Assembly (NCBI GenBank): GCA_030390025.1
Contig: CM059433.1
Coordinates: 19,222,001 to 19,286,000, forward strand
Direction: 5' to 3'
Length of the DNA: 64,000 nucleotides
Source: Squalus acanthias
Lineage: Eukaryota
Under the pieces are notes generated by a model that made no database searches, had not been told where the DNA came from, and saw nothing but the letters and a program-made list of their open reading frames with translations. Both the position numbers and the translations under genes were made by a program. This document shows positions 12,954 through 24,910 of this stretch, piece by piece; the first letter of the stretch is position 1, and every line of letters starts with the position of its first letter.

Positions 12954-14145
12954 CAGACTAGTTGTTATGGAAAGTTAAGATGGAGTTGCATTTAAGGGTA
13001 TATTTGCTTTCTTGGCTATAAAATTAACAAGTCTCAGGTAACTTTTTCCACAGAATAATGAGCGCGTGCAAAAGTCTTCTGAGTAAAGAAAATGGATAAT
13101 GTATCCATTAACTTGTTCAACAAGGAACTGGACAGAATTTTGGGATAAGAACAAGATTAGATGATAAATCATTAACTGGGATCATACAATACTCATTGGA
13201 ACATAACTGTCCCTCTGATAGCAGGGCTGTTTTTGTGTGTGAAGGTGAAATAATAGCCTGCAGATTTTCTTTATCTTTGAGGATGAAGGATATTTGTACA
13301 GCAATTTCTCTCAGAAAATGTTGTGGTGGAATATGGTCCGTGATAGAACAGATTTACATGATCTGTGGAGGGAGCTGGCATGGAATCTAGATCCATACAT
13401 TTTTTTGGTCCTAAAGCTTCCAGGCTGTGGACATCTTTACAAATTCTAACAACACTGTTCCTTGACCAACCTACAAGGCATTATAACTGAGTAATCTAGT
13501 AAGCAATCCAGAAAGGAATCAATTCCACGCCACCCCCCCTCCCAGAACGTTCTGCTTCTATTCCTGCAACTTGGGTGGTAAACGTTCCAACATGCAGTCC
13601 AGATGAATCTATCTTGGATTTCTTAATTGGGTATCTAACACTCCAGTATTGTAGCTACGAGCCTACTCATAGCTTATCTGTAGCGACTAATGGTCCAGGT
13701 TTGAATATTGAAGATATGAGGATGGATCAATATTCTGGAGTGTTGCTCAATTACCATAGACAATCAGGGAGTGCTTATACAGAACTCTGCCTTCAGGAGA
13801 TTAAATGAGAAGTAGAAATGCATATGGCAGAATGTAATGAGTTGCAGAAGAATGGTCTTTCCTCACCCCTTTATGTCTTTAAGTTTCAAAATTACAAAGA
13901 ATATTCAGTTCTACCATTATTTAATACACCACCCGAGTTAATGCAATAAGGGCATAATATCACCGGCAGCGCAATTTAGCTGGTGGAGGAGAACTTGGCT
14001 GTTAATGTCACCGCAATTAATTTTGAGGAGTGGCAAGGAAAGCTGTTCATAAGTAAAACATTTTTTGAGTAGATTGTGTTTATCAGACTAGATGTTATGG
14101 GAAGTTAAGATGGAGTTGCATTTAAGGATACATTTTCTTTCTTGG
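12954..14145. repeat. 62-bp dispersed direct repeat (12954-13015 and 14084-14145)
   Basis: cagactagttgttatggaaagttaagatggagttgcatttaagggtatatttgctttcttgg versus a copy with about 5 substitutions. Confidence 0.9.
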
Positions 14146-15401
14146 ATTAGTTACAGTTGCAGTATTAAATGTTAGGGAAGGTATGACCTCCAAAAACATT
14201 TATGTCTCCAAACCACAAAATATCTTTCACGTCAAAGTAAACTACAGTCATATAATTATTTGCTTCTTTTAGGGATGTATATTGTGTTTAAAATAAATCC
14301 TAGATTTTGACATCATGTTGGCAGATATACGGAGGGAGGTCAAGTCTGTAAAATGCAAACGGTCCATAGAAAGACTTTCATTGTATATCTACACGGAGCT
14401 GCTCATTTGTATAGTGTTTCACTGAATTTGGCAATATTTCCAAACCTTCTTATGAGGAATTCAAAAAGAGCAGCAAGTTGTATTAATCAATCACTTTAAA
14501 TCATGAACAATGACGCTAGACACAAATGGAACTGCTTGTAAAGGACTGGAGTTCTCCTACTGCCTGCCTGTCACTGAAGAACACTGGAGTCTCATAAAAT
14601 CCTAGAACATTACGTCTCAGAAGGGAGTCATTTGCCCCATCAAGTCTGCATTGGTGCTTTTCTTCTGGTCTTATCCCGCTGTCCTACTTGTTCCTCATAC
14701 CATAAAAAGGATTTATGGATACAGCAAATGATAACCTTTAACTTTCAAAAATTTACATTTTTACTTGTTGGTTTCACATTTTACAAAAATTCTAAATGGA
14801 ACTTTCTGGAAATTAAACTTAAATTGCAAATTGAATAATCTACGAGCAAGGCTTAAGCTGTGTACCTGAACTGTCATTTTAGTTTCTAGTTCCTATGTGG
14901 AGATTCTGACCATTTCATGTGGGACACATTTACAAAATCATTTAAAAACTAACATGGCCACGATGTCCCTGGCAATATTACCAAGTTATTATTTTTGCTC
15001 ATTTATTTTGAAATTGAATGGAACTATTGTCAATCTGACCTTTGTGGATTTGAAACAGCACCGTTAGGAAAATGTGCACAAATAAAACAATATTTCAACT
15101 GTATAACTTTAAGGCAGATAATGTTGTGTTAGCAGATGAATAACCATTAAAACAATAGATGATCCTAACAGCTTATAGTTTAAATTATAGTAAGTTATGA
15201 GGCTCCATCACTCATTTTTTTTTTTACAGTGCAAAACAGTTAATATTATCCTTCAAACTCCCAGGAGATTACATGGCTCCAGGAGGGAGGTAGGAGGTGT
15301 CAAGTCATGCTGCTTCAGGCATCATGAGTGTGGGGCAGGCTTGATGGACCAGCTGGCCTTTTCCTGCCCATCAATTTTGTATGTTTAAAATGATTTTAAA
15401 T

Positions 15402-15850
15402 TAGAGTCATAGAGTTACACAGCACAGAAAGAGGCCCTTCGGTCCATCGTGTCAACGCCGGCCATCAAGCCCTGTCTATTCTAATCCCATTTTTCAGCAC
15501 TTGGTCCATAGCCTTGTATGCTATGGCGTTTCAAGTGCTTATCTAAATGCTTCTTGAAAGTTGAGGGTTCCTGGCTCTACCACCCTTTCAGGCAATGAGT
15601 TCCAGATTCCAACCACCCTCTGGGTGAAAAAGTCTTTCCTCAAACCCCCTCTAAACCTCCTGCCCCTTATCTTGAAACTATGCCCCCTGGTTATTGACCC
15701 CTCTACTAATGGGAAAAGTTCCTTTCGATCTACCCTATCTATGCCCCTCATAATTTTGTACACCTCAATCAGGTCCTCCCTCAGCCTTCTCTGCTCTAAG
15801 GAAAACAACCCCAGCCTGTCCAGTCTCTCTTCATAGCTGAAGCGCTGCAG
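15402..15850 (-). mobile_element. CR1 LINE 3' fragment
   Basis: ORF 15539-15916 gives YEERLDRLGLFSLEQRRLREDLIEVYKI...FFTQRVVGIWNSLP; same subfamily as 28520. Confidence 0.9.
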
Positions 15851-15859
15851 CTGTGCATG

Positions 15860-16365
15860 TACTTTGAAATCGTGACTGCTCTTGACACCAAGGCAGCATT
15901 TGACCGAGTGTGGCATCAGGGAGCCCCAGTAAAATTGAAGTCAATGGGAATCGGGGGGAAAACTCTCCACTGGCTGGAGTCATACCTAGCACAAAGGAAG
16001 ATGGTTGTGGCTGTTGGAGGCCAATCATCTCAGCCCCAGGACATCACTGCAGGAGTTCCTCAGGGCAGTGTTCTAGGCCCAACCACCTTCAGCTGCTTCA
16101 TCAATAACCTTCCATCCATGATAAGGTCAGAAGTGGCGATGTTCGCTGATGACTGCACGGTGTTAAGTTCCATTCAAAGCTCTTCAGATAATGAGGCAGT
16201 CTGTGCCCGCATGCAGCAAGACCTGGACAACGTTCAGGCTTGGGCTGATAACTGGCAGGTAACATTTGCGCCACACAAGTACCAGGCAATGACCATCTCC
16301 AACAAGAGAAAGTCTAACCACCTCCCCCTGACATTAAATGGCATCATCATCGAGTCCCCTACCTT
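15860..16365 (+). mobile_element. LINE reverse transcriptase fragment (second CR1/L2-group family)
   Basis: ALD...AFDRVWHQG, GVPQGSVLGP, MFADDC motifs in ORF 15857-16393. Confidence 0.88.
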
Positions 16366-16926
16366 GCCAGTGACGTCCACATTCCATGAATGAATAAAAT
16401 TGTTAAAAAAAATTAAACATAAGCTGTGCAAATGACAAAAAAAAGCTATTTCCAACCTTCACCATTGAGTTCATTAGGGGTGAATGTCACCGACAACTAT
16501 AATACAAAGCTATAAACACTAGCAAACTGGAAAAATATCAATGTTAAGCCAGTAAAAATTCTGGTTGTAAATTTTCAGGTAATTAAATTTCTCAATTTTC
16601 TACTTAGCACATGTTTCAACTACAGCTGAGTGACCACTGTCCATGCTGCCCTCAGCCAACTATGAATAGCTATAAAAGAATAGATCAGGAATAAACGCCT
16701 CTCTGATTCCAACCTCCTCTCCTAACTCAATACATCATGGAGTCCTCAAGGAAAAAATGCAAGGCTGTGGTTAATAATTTTAGGAGCTGCAGGGAATAGG
16801 AAACATTACATCAATATTTTATGAAAAGATAAGCCTGAAAATTGCAGATCGGTTTGCTCATCAGAAGTGGGTAAAATGCTTGAGTATTCCATGGTATGCT
16901 ATCCTAAATTGTACAGAGGCCATAAT

Positions 16927-17658
16927 GGCCCGGATTTTACAGGGCCTATGACGTAGCGTACGACGTCGTAAGTGCCCCGCAAGTTCCAGGTTTCCGTGTG
17001 CGATGCGCATGTGCAAAAACCCAGAACTTGCGATGTCAAATTTCTTCTTGACAGATCATACGCATCCGCTGTAAATTCACTTTCGCCGGTGCAGGGTTGG
17101 GCTATTTGTCCAACTACTGCCCAGTAAATACCCACAAAACCCTTACGCCTGGTAAAAGCAGGCGCAAGGCCTGCTTTTACCAGCACAAGGGTTAAAATAA
17201 ATGTTAAAATAAAATTTTGAAAATGATTTAAACATTCACTTGCATTTAGAAGTAGAATAGGTAATTTTTTTTCCGTTTAAAAATGTTTACATTTTTCAAA
17301 AAATTAAATTATTTCAAATGTTTAATTAAAGAGTTTAAAAAAAAATTAATTTAGAACCTGTAATGATTTATTTTTATTTCAGTGTTGTGATTGTGTTTTT
17401 TAGGGGATTCCTATTACGCTAATGGGGCTTCCGTACGTAAATGGAATCCCCATAAGCATAATGGGAATCCCCCTTTGTCATTGGTTGGCCTGGCCCACAT
17501 GATCCCAGGGACGCTTGCGAACCGCATGCGCTCCTGGGAACCGTGGGCCTTTACGCAGGCAAGAGTCCGAAGCTCTGCAGCCATCAGGCAAGTACGGAGT
17601 TTTCTTGCGGTTCGGAGGCGTCCGCGGGTGGCAAGCCTTCGACCGCAATTTCCAGGCC
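16927..17658. mobile_element. PIF/Harbinger-type MITE, 732 bp (related to 29718)
   Basis: aat|GGCCCGGATTTT...AATTTCCAGGCC|aac; shares internal blocks with 29718-30456. Confidence 0.8.
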
Positions 17659-17664
17659 AACGTG

Positions 17665-17945
17665 TAGTGAGCATGGATTTATAAGCAATAGGTCGTTGTT
17701 CACTGATCAGCTAGAATTCTCTGAAGAGGTAACCAAACTAGCGGATGATACCTAATCAGTGGATATAATTTACTTGGACTTCCAGAAGATGTGAGAAATT
17801 TCCAGGAGACTTTTTAAAAAAACTTTTCAAAAACAGTTCAAGCTCATGGATTAATGGCAAATTAGTTAGTTGGATTGAAAACTGGCTTGGCATTGGGAAG
17901 CACGTAGTGATACATGGAAAACTGTCTGTCTGAGCTGTGTCAAGC
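17665..17945 (+). mobile_element. Degenerate CR1 RT fragment
   Basis: catggattt...gtggatataatttacttggacttccagaag (QHGF / VDIIYLDFQK remnants). Confidence 0.65.
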
Positions 17946-18481
17946 GACATTTATAAACAATCAAACGGCATTCAAAAAGACTGGATCAACTAAGCAGATG
18001 GGTTAAAGAATGATAGATATATTTTAATGTCAATAAAAGACTGTACTGCATATTGGGAGCTATGCTTTTTTCTTTCTGGCATATTGTGTGCAATTTTCAG
18101 CACCCAACCTTCAGAAGGATATTGTTGCATTGAACAGGATTCAGAGTCGGTTATTAAGCTGAATCTGGGACTTAGGGCTCGAAGTTATGAGATGAGACTC
18201 AAAGTACCTGTGTGAAGACAGATTCATTGAGCTTAACTTTTTTTTTTGGATACAAGCAGTTTGAGGAGGAATATGATCCATGTCTTTAGATATGGCGATA
18301 GACAGACAGTGGTATTATGGTCCCAGAGTCTGCAGAGGACAGCAGGCTGGGGTTGAATAAATGTGAAGGTGGATGAATATTCTGGAGTTCTACTTGGATA
18401 TCTTTGGGATCAGGAAATATTTTTCAACCTCAATTTTAGAATTCAGGAAACGCACTGAAATCTGTGTTTTCCCCATTATAG

Positions 18482-18637
18482 CTTGAAAGCTACATTCAAG
18501 ACAATATGAAGAGTGAAATGGTGCAGATCCAGCAGAATGTAGTGCAGAACCATACAGCAACCATGCTAGAAATAGGCACAAACCTACTCACTCAGACAGC
18601 TGAACAAACCCGTAAATTAACAAATGTGGAAGCACAG
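18482..18637 (+). CDS. ANGPT2: Angiopoietin-2 exon 2 (156 nt, phase 0-0), coiled coil
   Basis: ccccattatag|CTT...CAG|gtaagg; translates LESYIQDNMKSEMVQIQQNVVQNHTATMLEIGTNLLTQTAEQTRKLTNVEAQ, matching angiopoietin exon 2. Confidence 0.93.
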
Positions 18638-18960
18638 GTAAGGATTTTTGGCCTTTAAAATTAATCTAGAAAAATAGGTGTCAAGTAGTTTGGTGTCATT
18701 GCAGGTTAAGATTTGGCTCAAAACGATTCCTCAGCAGAGAGATCAGGTCGTTTCCAAGCTGCCAGGCTTCTGACAATGCTCATTTTATTCACCTACAGGA
18801 AGGTATGTTAGAGTTTCTTAGAAAGATGCTCTCTTCAGACTTTCCCCTTCCACTGTGCGAACAGCTTCAACTCTACTCAATACCTTCCACAGGTCTGGAC
18901 TATTCCCATTGTTTTTACCTTAATGGTGAGGCATGAAGTATTAAAGAAATAGGAGTGATT

Positions 18961-19680
18961 GGCCCGGAATTTGAGGTGTTATAACAGCGAACGAATAGCA
19001 TTCGCTGTTATTACCCCTTTGAAATTGACCGCAACTTCAGGAATTAGCGCATGCGAATCCCAACGCGGAAATCCTGAAGTTGCGGCCAGTCAGTCACTGC
19101 CCAGACACTGGCTGCGCTGTTTCCGCCCCCCCCCCACATCAGTGTAATCAGCTATATCAGGAAAACTGACGAAAACTTGGGCTTTTCCGCAGTAATATCG
19201 CTTTTAAATACCCCATTAAAAGTGAGGCCTTGTTGGATTAGGTGTAACTGAGGGTTTAACAGCTCATTGACTGCTAAACAAAAGTTATGGCCCTGAAAAA
19301 CGAATTTTAATTTTGTGGTGTGTCAAATTTCTCCATTATAGTAAAAATTACAACTTTTAAGAGACTTTAAAAAAATTATATTTTTTAAAGGTTTGTTCAT
19401 CTTTATTTCAGGTTTACCTTTTCTCCATGGGAGAGCCCCAAATCTTTGTTTTGCTCTCTGAAACGTTTTTAAAAAGTCAGAATAAAATTACGGGCCTTTG
19501 TTTACAGGGACATGGTTGAAAACAGTCATGAGATTTCTTTTGAATCGTGGTATAAACAGAATTTATTCAAATTTATTAAAGAGATCGGGAAGTAGCACTG
19601 GTGTCAATTTAAGTTTGGAATTGACAGAAAATGAAATTGACTTGATCGTCTCATGCAATACGAGCACAAAATTCAGACCT
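18961..19680. mobile_element. PIF/Harbinger-type MITE related to 49304 (right end degenerate)
   Basis: att|GGCCCGGAATTTG; first ~530 bp colinear with 49304-49830; tentative right end caaaattcagacct|att. Confidence 0.7.
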
Positions 19681-22104
19681 ATTTGCAACACTAATGCAAA
19701 CATGGATGTGTATTTTCAGCCATTAATTTATTATTGTAGCTGGAAAATTGACATATCTATTAACTGAAACAAATAGAATGGGGAAAAACTATCATTTATT
19801 GCACAACCATACTGCATTATTACTTACATAATGGATTAAATTGAAAGCACAGTAAACTGATGTCATACTTGGTGCAATTAAATCTTTTAATAGATAACCT
19901 AGTTTGTGAAGAATGAAAGGAATTAAATAGAAAGTACAGCCCTATTCAAAGATATTGGGGCTTTTTAAAAAAAAATTAATACTCTTCAGATCAGCAGCTT
20001 AATTAAAAAAAAGTTAATCCTGATCATCAATATTCATCGTTACCACCAATCCTGCAGCATAATACTGGATGCAAAGTGGGCACAATACAACATGGTAACT
20101 CTGATTCTAAGCATCAGGCACCATAAGTGAACTGAAATTGGATATAGCAAAGGAACCTCCCTCTTGTGCACTCTTCACTGAATGGATATTTAAACAAAAT
20201 ATATATTTCAGTTCGGCGAGAAAAAATAGCCCAGTCCCAATACAGTGCTGAACTCAGAATTTCTGGAAAGGGATTTAAACACTTATGTACAGTATGCAAC
20301 CCCCCGAAAAAAACAGTCCATGATATAATTCCAAAAGCATCTTTTTAAAAACAAATACACCAATGAAGAGATGTGCAAATTCTTCAGATTTCACACAAGA
20401 TAAGTAGATTCCATTAAAATTGAAGCTTTGGGAGAATACCCACTGCTTTTGGATTCCCCTTCATAAGTAATTAAGTTTTCTCAATGATTGAATCCAGAGA
20501 ACTCAAAAGGCAAAGTAAAGGCAAGTTAAGAAGTTCAAAAGAGGTTCATGCTGTGTTAATCAGCAGAGGATAGAACATGATCTTAATTTCAACATTAAAC
20601 TGTTACTGCTCCTTTCATCTGGATACCAAAGTGTAACATTCAGTTAAAGGCTTAATTGACAACACAAGGAGATTAACCAAACTACTGATCTCTAAGGGAA
20701 CTAACATTTTGCAGAAGAACCTGATCAGCTGTAAGTGTGAAATTAAGTCGCACTGACCTTTGACGATGTGCTTAATTAAGTGTTACTAACATGTGTGGCA
20801 AATCCCACAGTACTCCATTAGTGTGCTGACCTATATGTTAAAATCTGAATGCAAGAGAAAAATAGCTATATGTGCACGAGCTCATACTAAAAATTTGGTG
20901 GGGTGAGCAAACAGTATAACAATCATGGTATCATTACTAGTAAATATACCACCTCCAATTCTCAGTAAAACTTGTAGGTGTGAAGCTTAACTGAAAAAGC
21001 TTAGAAATGAAAGTACGAGTAAATACATCACTTCATTGTTTTGCGCTAACGAGGGGGAATCAGACCAAGCAATGCATCAAATTTAATCGGGGTAGTAATT
21101 TAATCTATGAAAAATTTACATTCAATATCAACCATTGCTCTGTTTGAACAGCTGTTCCATTCCACAAAAATAAATGCAGCACTACAAGCTGCGTAAACAG
21201 AGGCACCACTAGGCACTAAACCTTGGGAGAATGGTCGTTCATCCTGGGTCAGAGATTTTGCACACTTAAAACAATGTAGGATGAGTTTTCCCTTTTTCTT
21301 TTTAAGAATGTGAAATTAACTGAACCCTGCCCCATCCTATTAGTCAAATCTTGTTTAAAACTTAAAAACATTATTTTGTTTCTCTTTTTAATCTCCTTGC
21401 ATCAGTCTGTTTCAACTTTTCCCACTTTCGGTTTCCGTACTATCTTTTCATGTTCGCTCTTTTTTATACTGGGTTAGTCCTTTGTTCCATCTCTTCTTCT
21501 GCTTTCCCCTCACTGTCCCGAAACACTCATGCTGAACCTTCTTTTGCCAAGGCAACCAGGTGGTGAACTTTTTTTAAATTAAAAAGTGGATTACGATATT
21601 ATATTTTGTCACTGGTTATAGCACTTAGTTGATATTTTATTGTACATATGTTGTACAAGATTTCCCTTCCTCAAGTAATTGTTTGGTTCCTCCAAATATA
21701 CTACACGTCATCTGTGATTTGGCTGGGAATTTGGATTGATTAAAAGCTGTACCTGAAGGCTTTTGTGACCACATTACTACATCTGTAACCTAATAGATCA
21801 TACATCTGCTGCTATACTTAAAAATGAACATGTTTCTTGGGACATGGGTTACTAGAAATGTTTTTCTAGATCAATAGGTTGTCCGTTCCCGAATACAGTA
21901 ACACCACTCGCGGACAGAACTGTGGAATAACACCTGTGCTAGAACACCCTCCAGTGCCTCAATGGACCAAATGAAATAAACCCAAGAAAGTTTTATTTTT
22001 CTTTCTTGAGATAGACGGATCAAAACTGTTCGTGCCTCAAATCTCCACTGGTAACGTTGCAAGTTAAAAACACATATACACACACCAGGTTAGTTCAGCA
22101 ACCT

Positions 22105-22370
22105 TTCCAATGAGTGGCTGAGCCATAGGGACCAGGATGGTCTCAGGTTTGATCTACAGTTTGTTATGACTCACCTGATCTGAAGGGGGTACTATGCAGT
22201 ACAATTGGTCGCAATGCCCTCTGGACTAAGGGGAGGAAAATACACTTCAGATCACCATCCAGCAACCCCATGCTCACAGTGCCTGTTTGTGGATGTCAAG
22301 TGAGGATAGAACCAGGCTTGGTCATGATGCCACCTGCGGCAGTATAACCTGTTAATAATCATCGTCAAGG
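22105..22370 (+). mobile_element. Old degenerate SINE
   Basis: caggtttgatc...gggaggaaaat...ggatgtcaagtgaggatagaaccaggcttgg; homologous to 61160-61500. Confidence 0.55.
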
Positions 22371-22434
22371 CATGAAAGCACATTATATAATTCAAGGTGC
22401 CGTTTCCTGCTCTTGCCCCGAACTGGAAAATTGC

Positions 22435-23793
22435 TTCCAATTTCCACCCTTCCCTCGCCTTCACACTCTTCCCTTCCCTTCCTCGACTTCTTTGTCTGCA
22501 TTTCTGGGGATAGGATATCAACCAATATCCACTATAAGCCCACTGACTCCCACAGCTACCTTGACTACACTTCCTCCCACCCCACTTCCTGTAAGGACTC
22601 TATTCCATTCTCCAAGTTTCTCCGTCTCTGTCACATCTGTTCTGACGATGCCATCTTCCATACCAGTGCTTCCGATATGTCTTCCTTTTTCCTCAACCGA
22701 GGATTCCCGTACACCGTGGTTGGCAGGGTCCTCGACCATGTCTGTTCCATTTCCCGCACTTCTGTTCTCACCCCTTCCCCTCCCTCCCAGAACCACGATA
22801 GAGTTCCCCTTGTCCTCACCTTCCATCCCACCAGCCTCCACATACAACCGATCATCCTCCACCATTTCCGCCACCTCCAGCATGATCCCACCACCAAACA
22901 CATCTTCCCCTCCCCTCTCAGCATTCCGAAGGGACATTTCCCTCCGCGACACCCTGGTCCACTCCTCAATCACCTGCAACACTCCCTTCCCTTCGGCACC
23001 TTCCTGTGCAAGCTCAAAAGAGGCAACACCTGCCCTTTACCTCCTCCCTTCCCACCGTCCAGGGCCTCAAACATTCCTTCCAGGTGAAACAGCGATTTAC
23101 TTGCACTACTTTCAATTTAATATATTGTATTCACTGCTCACGAAGCAGTCTCCTCAACATTGGGGAGACCAAACGCAGATTGGGAGACCGCTTTGAGGAA
23201 CACCTCTGTTGAGTCTGCAAGCATGACCACGACCTTCCGGTCGCCTGTCACTTTAATTCTCCGCTTCACTCCCACTCTGACCTCGGCTTCCTACACTGTT
23301 CTAATGAAGCTCAATGTGTGCTCGAGGAACAGCACCTCATCTTTCTATTAGGCATTTTACAGCCTTCTGGACTCAACATTGAGTTCAACAATTTCAGATC
23401 ATAACCTTTGCCCCCATTTTTTCAGACAGCAGCTGTTGATGATTCTGATATTCCCATTTACACCTCTTCTCGACCCATCTTTTGTTTCTTTACTTGTCCC
23501 ATTAGCATCTCCTTCTGCCTCACACCATCATCCCTTTTGTCATTTAATCTCTCCTGCCCTTCCACCCTATCACAGACCTTCCCGTTTGATCTTTCCTCCC
23601 CTCCCCCCTTTCCCTGACTCTGCACTTGCTTAAAATCTGTTCCATCTCAACTTTTTCCAGTTCTGACGAGGGGTCATCAACCTGAAACGTTAACTCTGTT
23701 TCTCTTGCCACAGATGCTGCCTGACCTGCTGAGTATTTCCAGCATTTTTCTGTTTTTATTTCAGATTTCCAGCATCCGCAGTATTTTGCTTTT
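22435..23793 (+). mobile_element. Penelope-like retroelement 3' part (RT C-terminus, GIY-YIG endonuclease, 3' UTR), frameshifted
   Basis: LPFLD...YKPTDSHSYLDYTSSHP...IPFSKFLRL; NLIYCIHCSR...IGETKRRLGDRFEEHL; terminal acagatgctgcctgacctgctgagtatttccagcattt. Confidence 0.9.
23659..23695 (+). ncRNA. Minimal type I hammerhead ribozyme motif in Penelope 3' UTR
   Basis: AGUU-CUGACGA-GGGGUCAUCAACCU-GAAA-CG-UU-AACU; palindrome AACGUU at helix III; helix II imperfect. Confidence 0.65.
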
Positions 23794-24421
23794 ATATGAT
23801 TCAATCCTATTTGGTGAAGGGAAACCTGGGAGTCTCTGTCCCTTATCTAAATCGAATCTCTTGCATTACTGTATTTTTCTTCCGTAGATTACTCCTTCAT
23901 TTCAGTCTGCAGGGCAATTATCTTCCCGCATTTCCTCTTCATCTTTCGGGCAGACTTTGTTCATATCAAGTAATGAATCTCTCTGTACCACTCCCCAACC
24001 CCCTACATTTTCCAAATTATTGCTCTCCTTTCCAGGACTTACATCACTTATTGTTACTTCACCTTACAAGCTATCACTCTCTTATTCAAGGAAAATATTT
24101 GCCTGTACCACCTCCTTTTCATTTTTCAAATATTTCTGTTCTTTCCAGGCATAAAATCCCCTCATACCATTGCTGCTCCATCTCAAAAACAAATTCGCCA
24201 GTTCAGATGTCAAAATACTTTAACTTTAAAAATTTGAGGAAACAATTTTGTTAGAAACAGCCTTTTAAAGAAGAAAAAAAAAATCAATATTTTTATATGT
24301 GCCAAGAGAAACACTCCAAATATTAGAAACAAGCTTGATCATGTCTAATTAAAATAGGATTAGAGCATTTTAAAACCTTGTTTTTCTTCCTTGTATAAAC
24401 ATTTCCCTCTAATTTTTCCAG

Positions 24422-24543
24422 GTTTTGAATCAAACATCAAGACTTGAGCTCCAGCTTTTGGAAAATTCTCTCTCAACAAATAAATTGGAAAAACAAATAA
24501 TGGTCCAAACCACTGAAATTACTAAACTACATGAAAAGAATGG
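24422..24543 (+). CDS. ANGPT2: Angiopoietin-2 exon 3 (122 nt)
   Basis: ttttccag|GTT...GG|gtaagt; VLNQTSRLELQLLENSLSTNKLEKQIMVQTTEITKLHEKN(G). Confidence 0.93.
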
Positions 24544-24700
24544 GTAAGTGCTCTGCAATTATCAGAACCTTTAACAATTACCGCAGTCATTTCTACATTT
24601 CTTTGTCTATTAGTCGGTAGGATTCCCAAGAAGTTACCTGCCTTGGCATTCTGCTGTGATACAAAATACATGCATGCATGTTCTAATCTATATATTATGC

Positions 24701-24910
24701 CTGCATGCACTTCCTGTCAACTTTTGCCATTATGAAACTCTTCGTTCACATTTATAATGTAAACTGCATATGTAAACGTCACACTGTAAGTTCACTTTCC
24801 TGTCAGTGGAGGCACTATAGAATCACTTCTGGTGGGAAAGTGTAATTACAGTGTTACAAATTTATATAGGCAATATCCATTATGAATGTGGACACTGGAA
24901 GTGCATGCAG
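24701..24910. repeat. Degenerate ~210-bp inverted repeat in ANGPT2 intron 3
   Basis: ctgcatgcacttcc / ggaagtgcatgcag outer arms; acactgtaagttcactttcc / ggaaagtgtaattacagtgt inner arms. Confidence 0.78.

Noticed and set aside
1..18481. ANGPT2 exon 1
   Set aside because: No signal peptide or CSYTF/QRDAP/ENNTQWL-like coding sequence found; it probably lies upstream of the window
22372..23196. 274-aa Ser/Pro/Thr-rich ORF
   Set aside because: Alternative frame of the C-rich Penelope element
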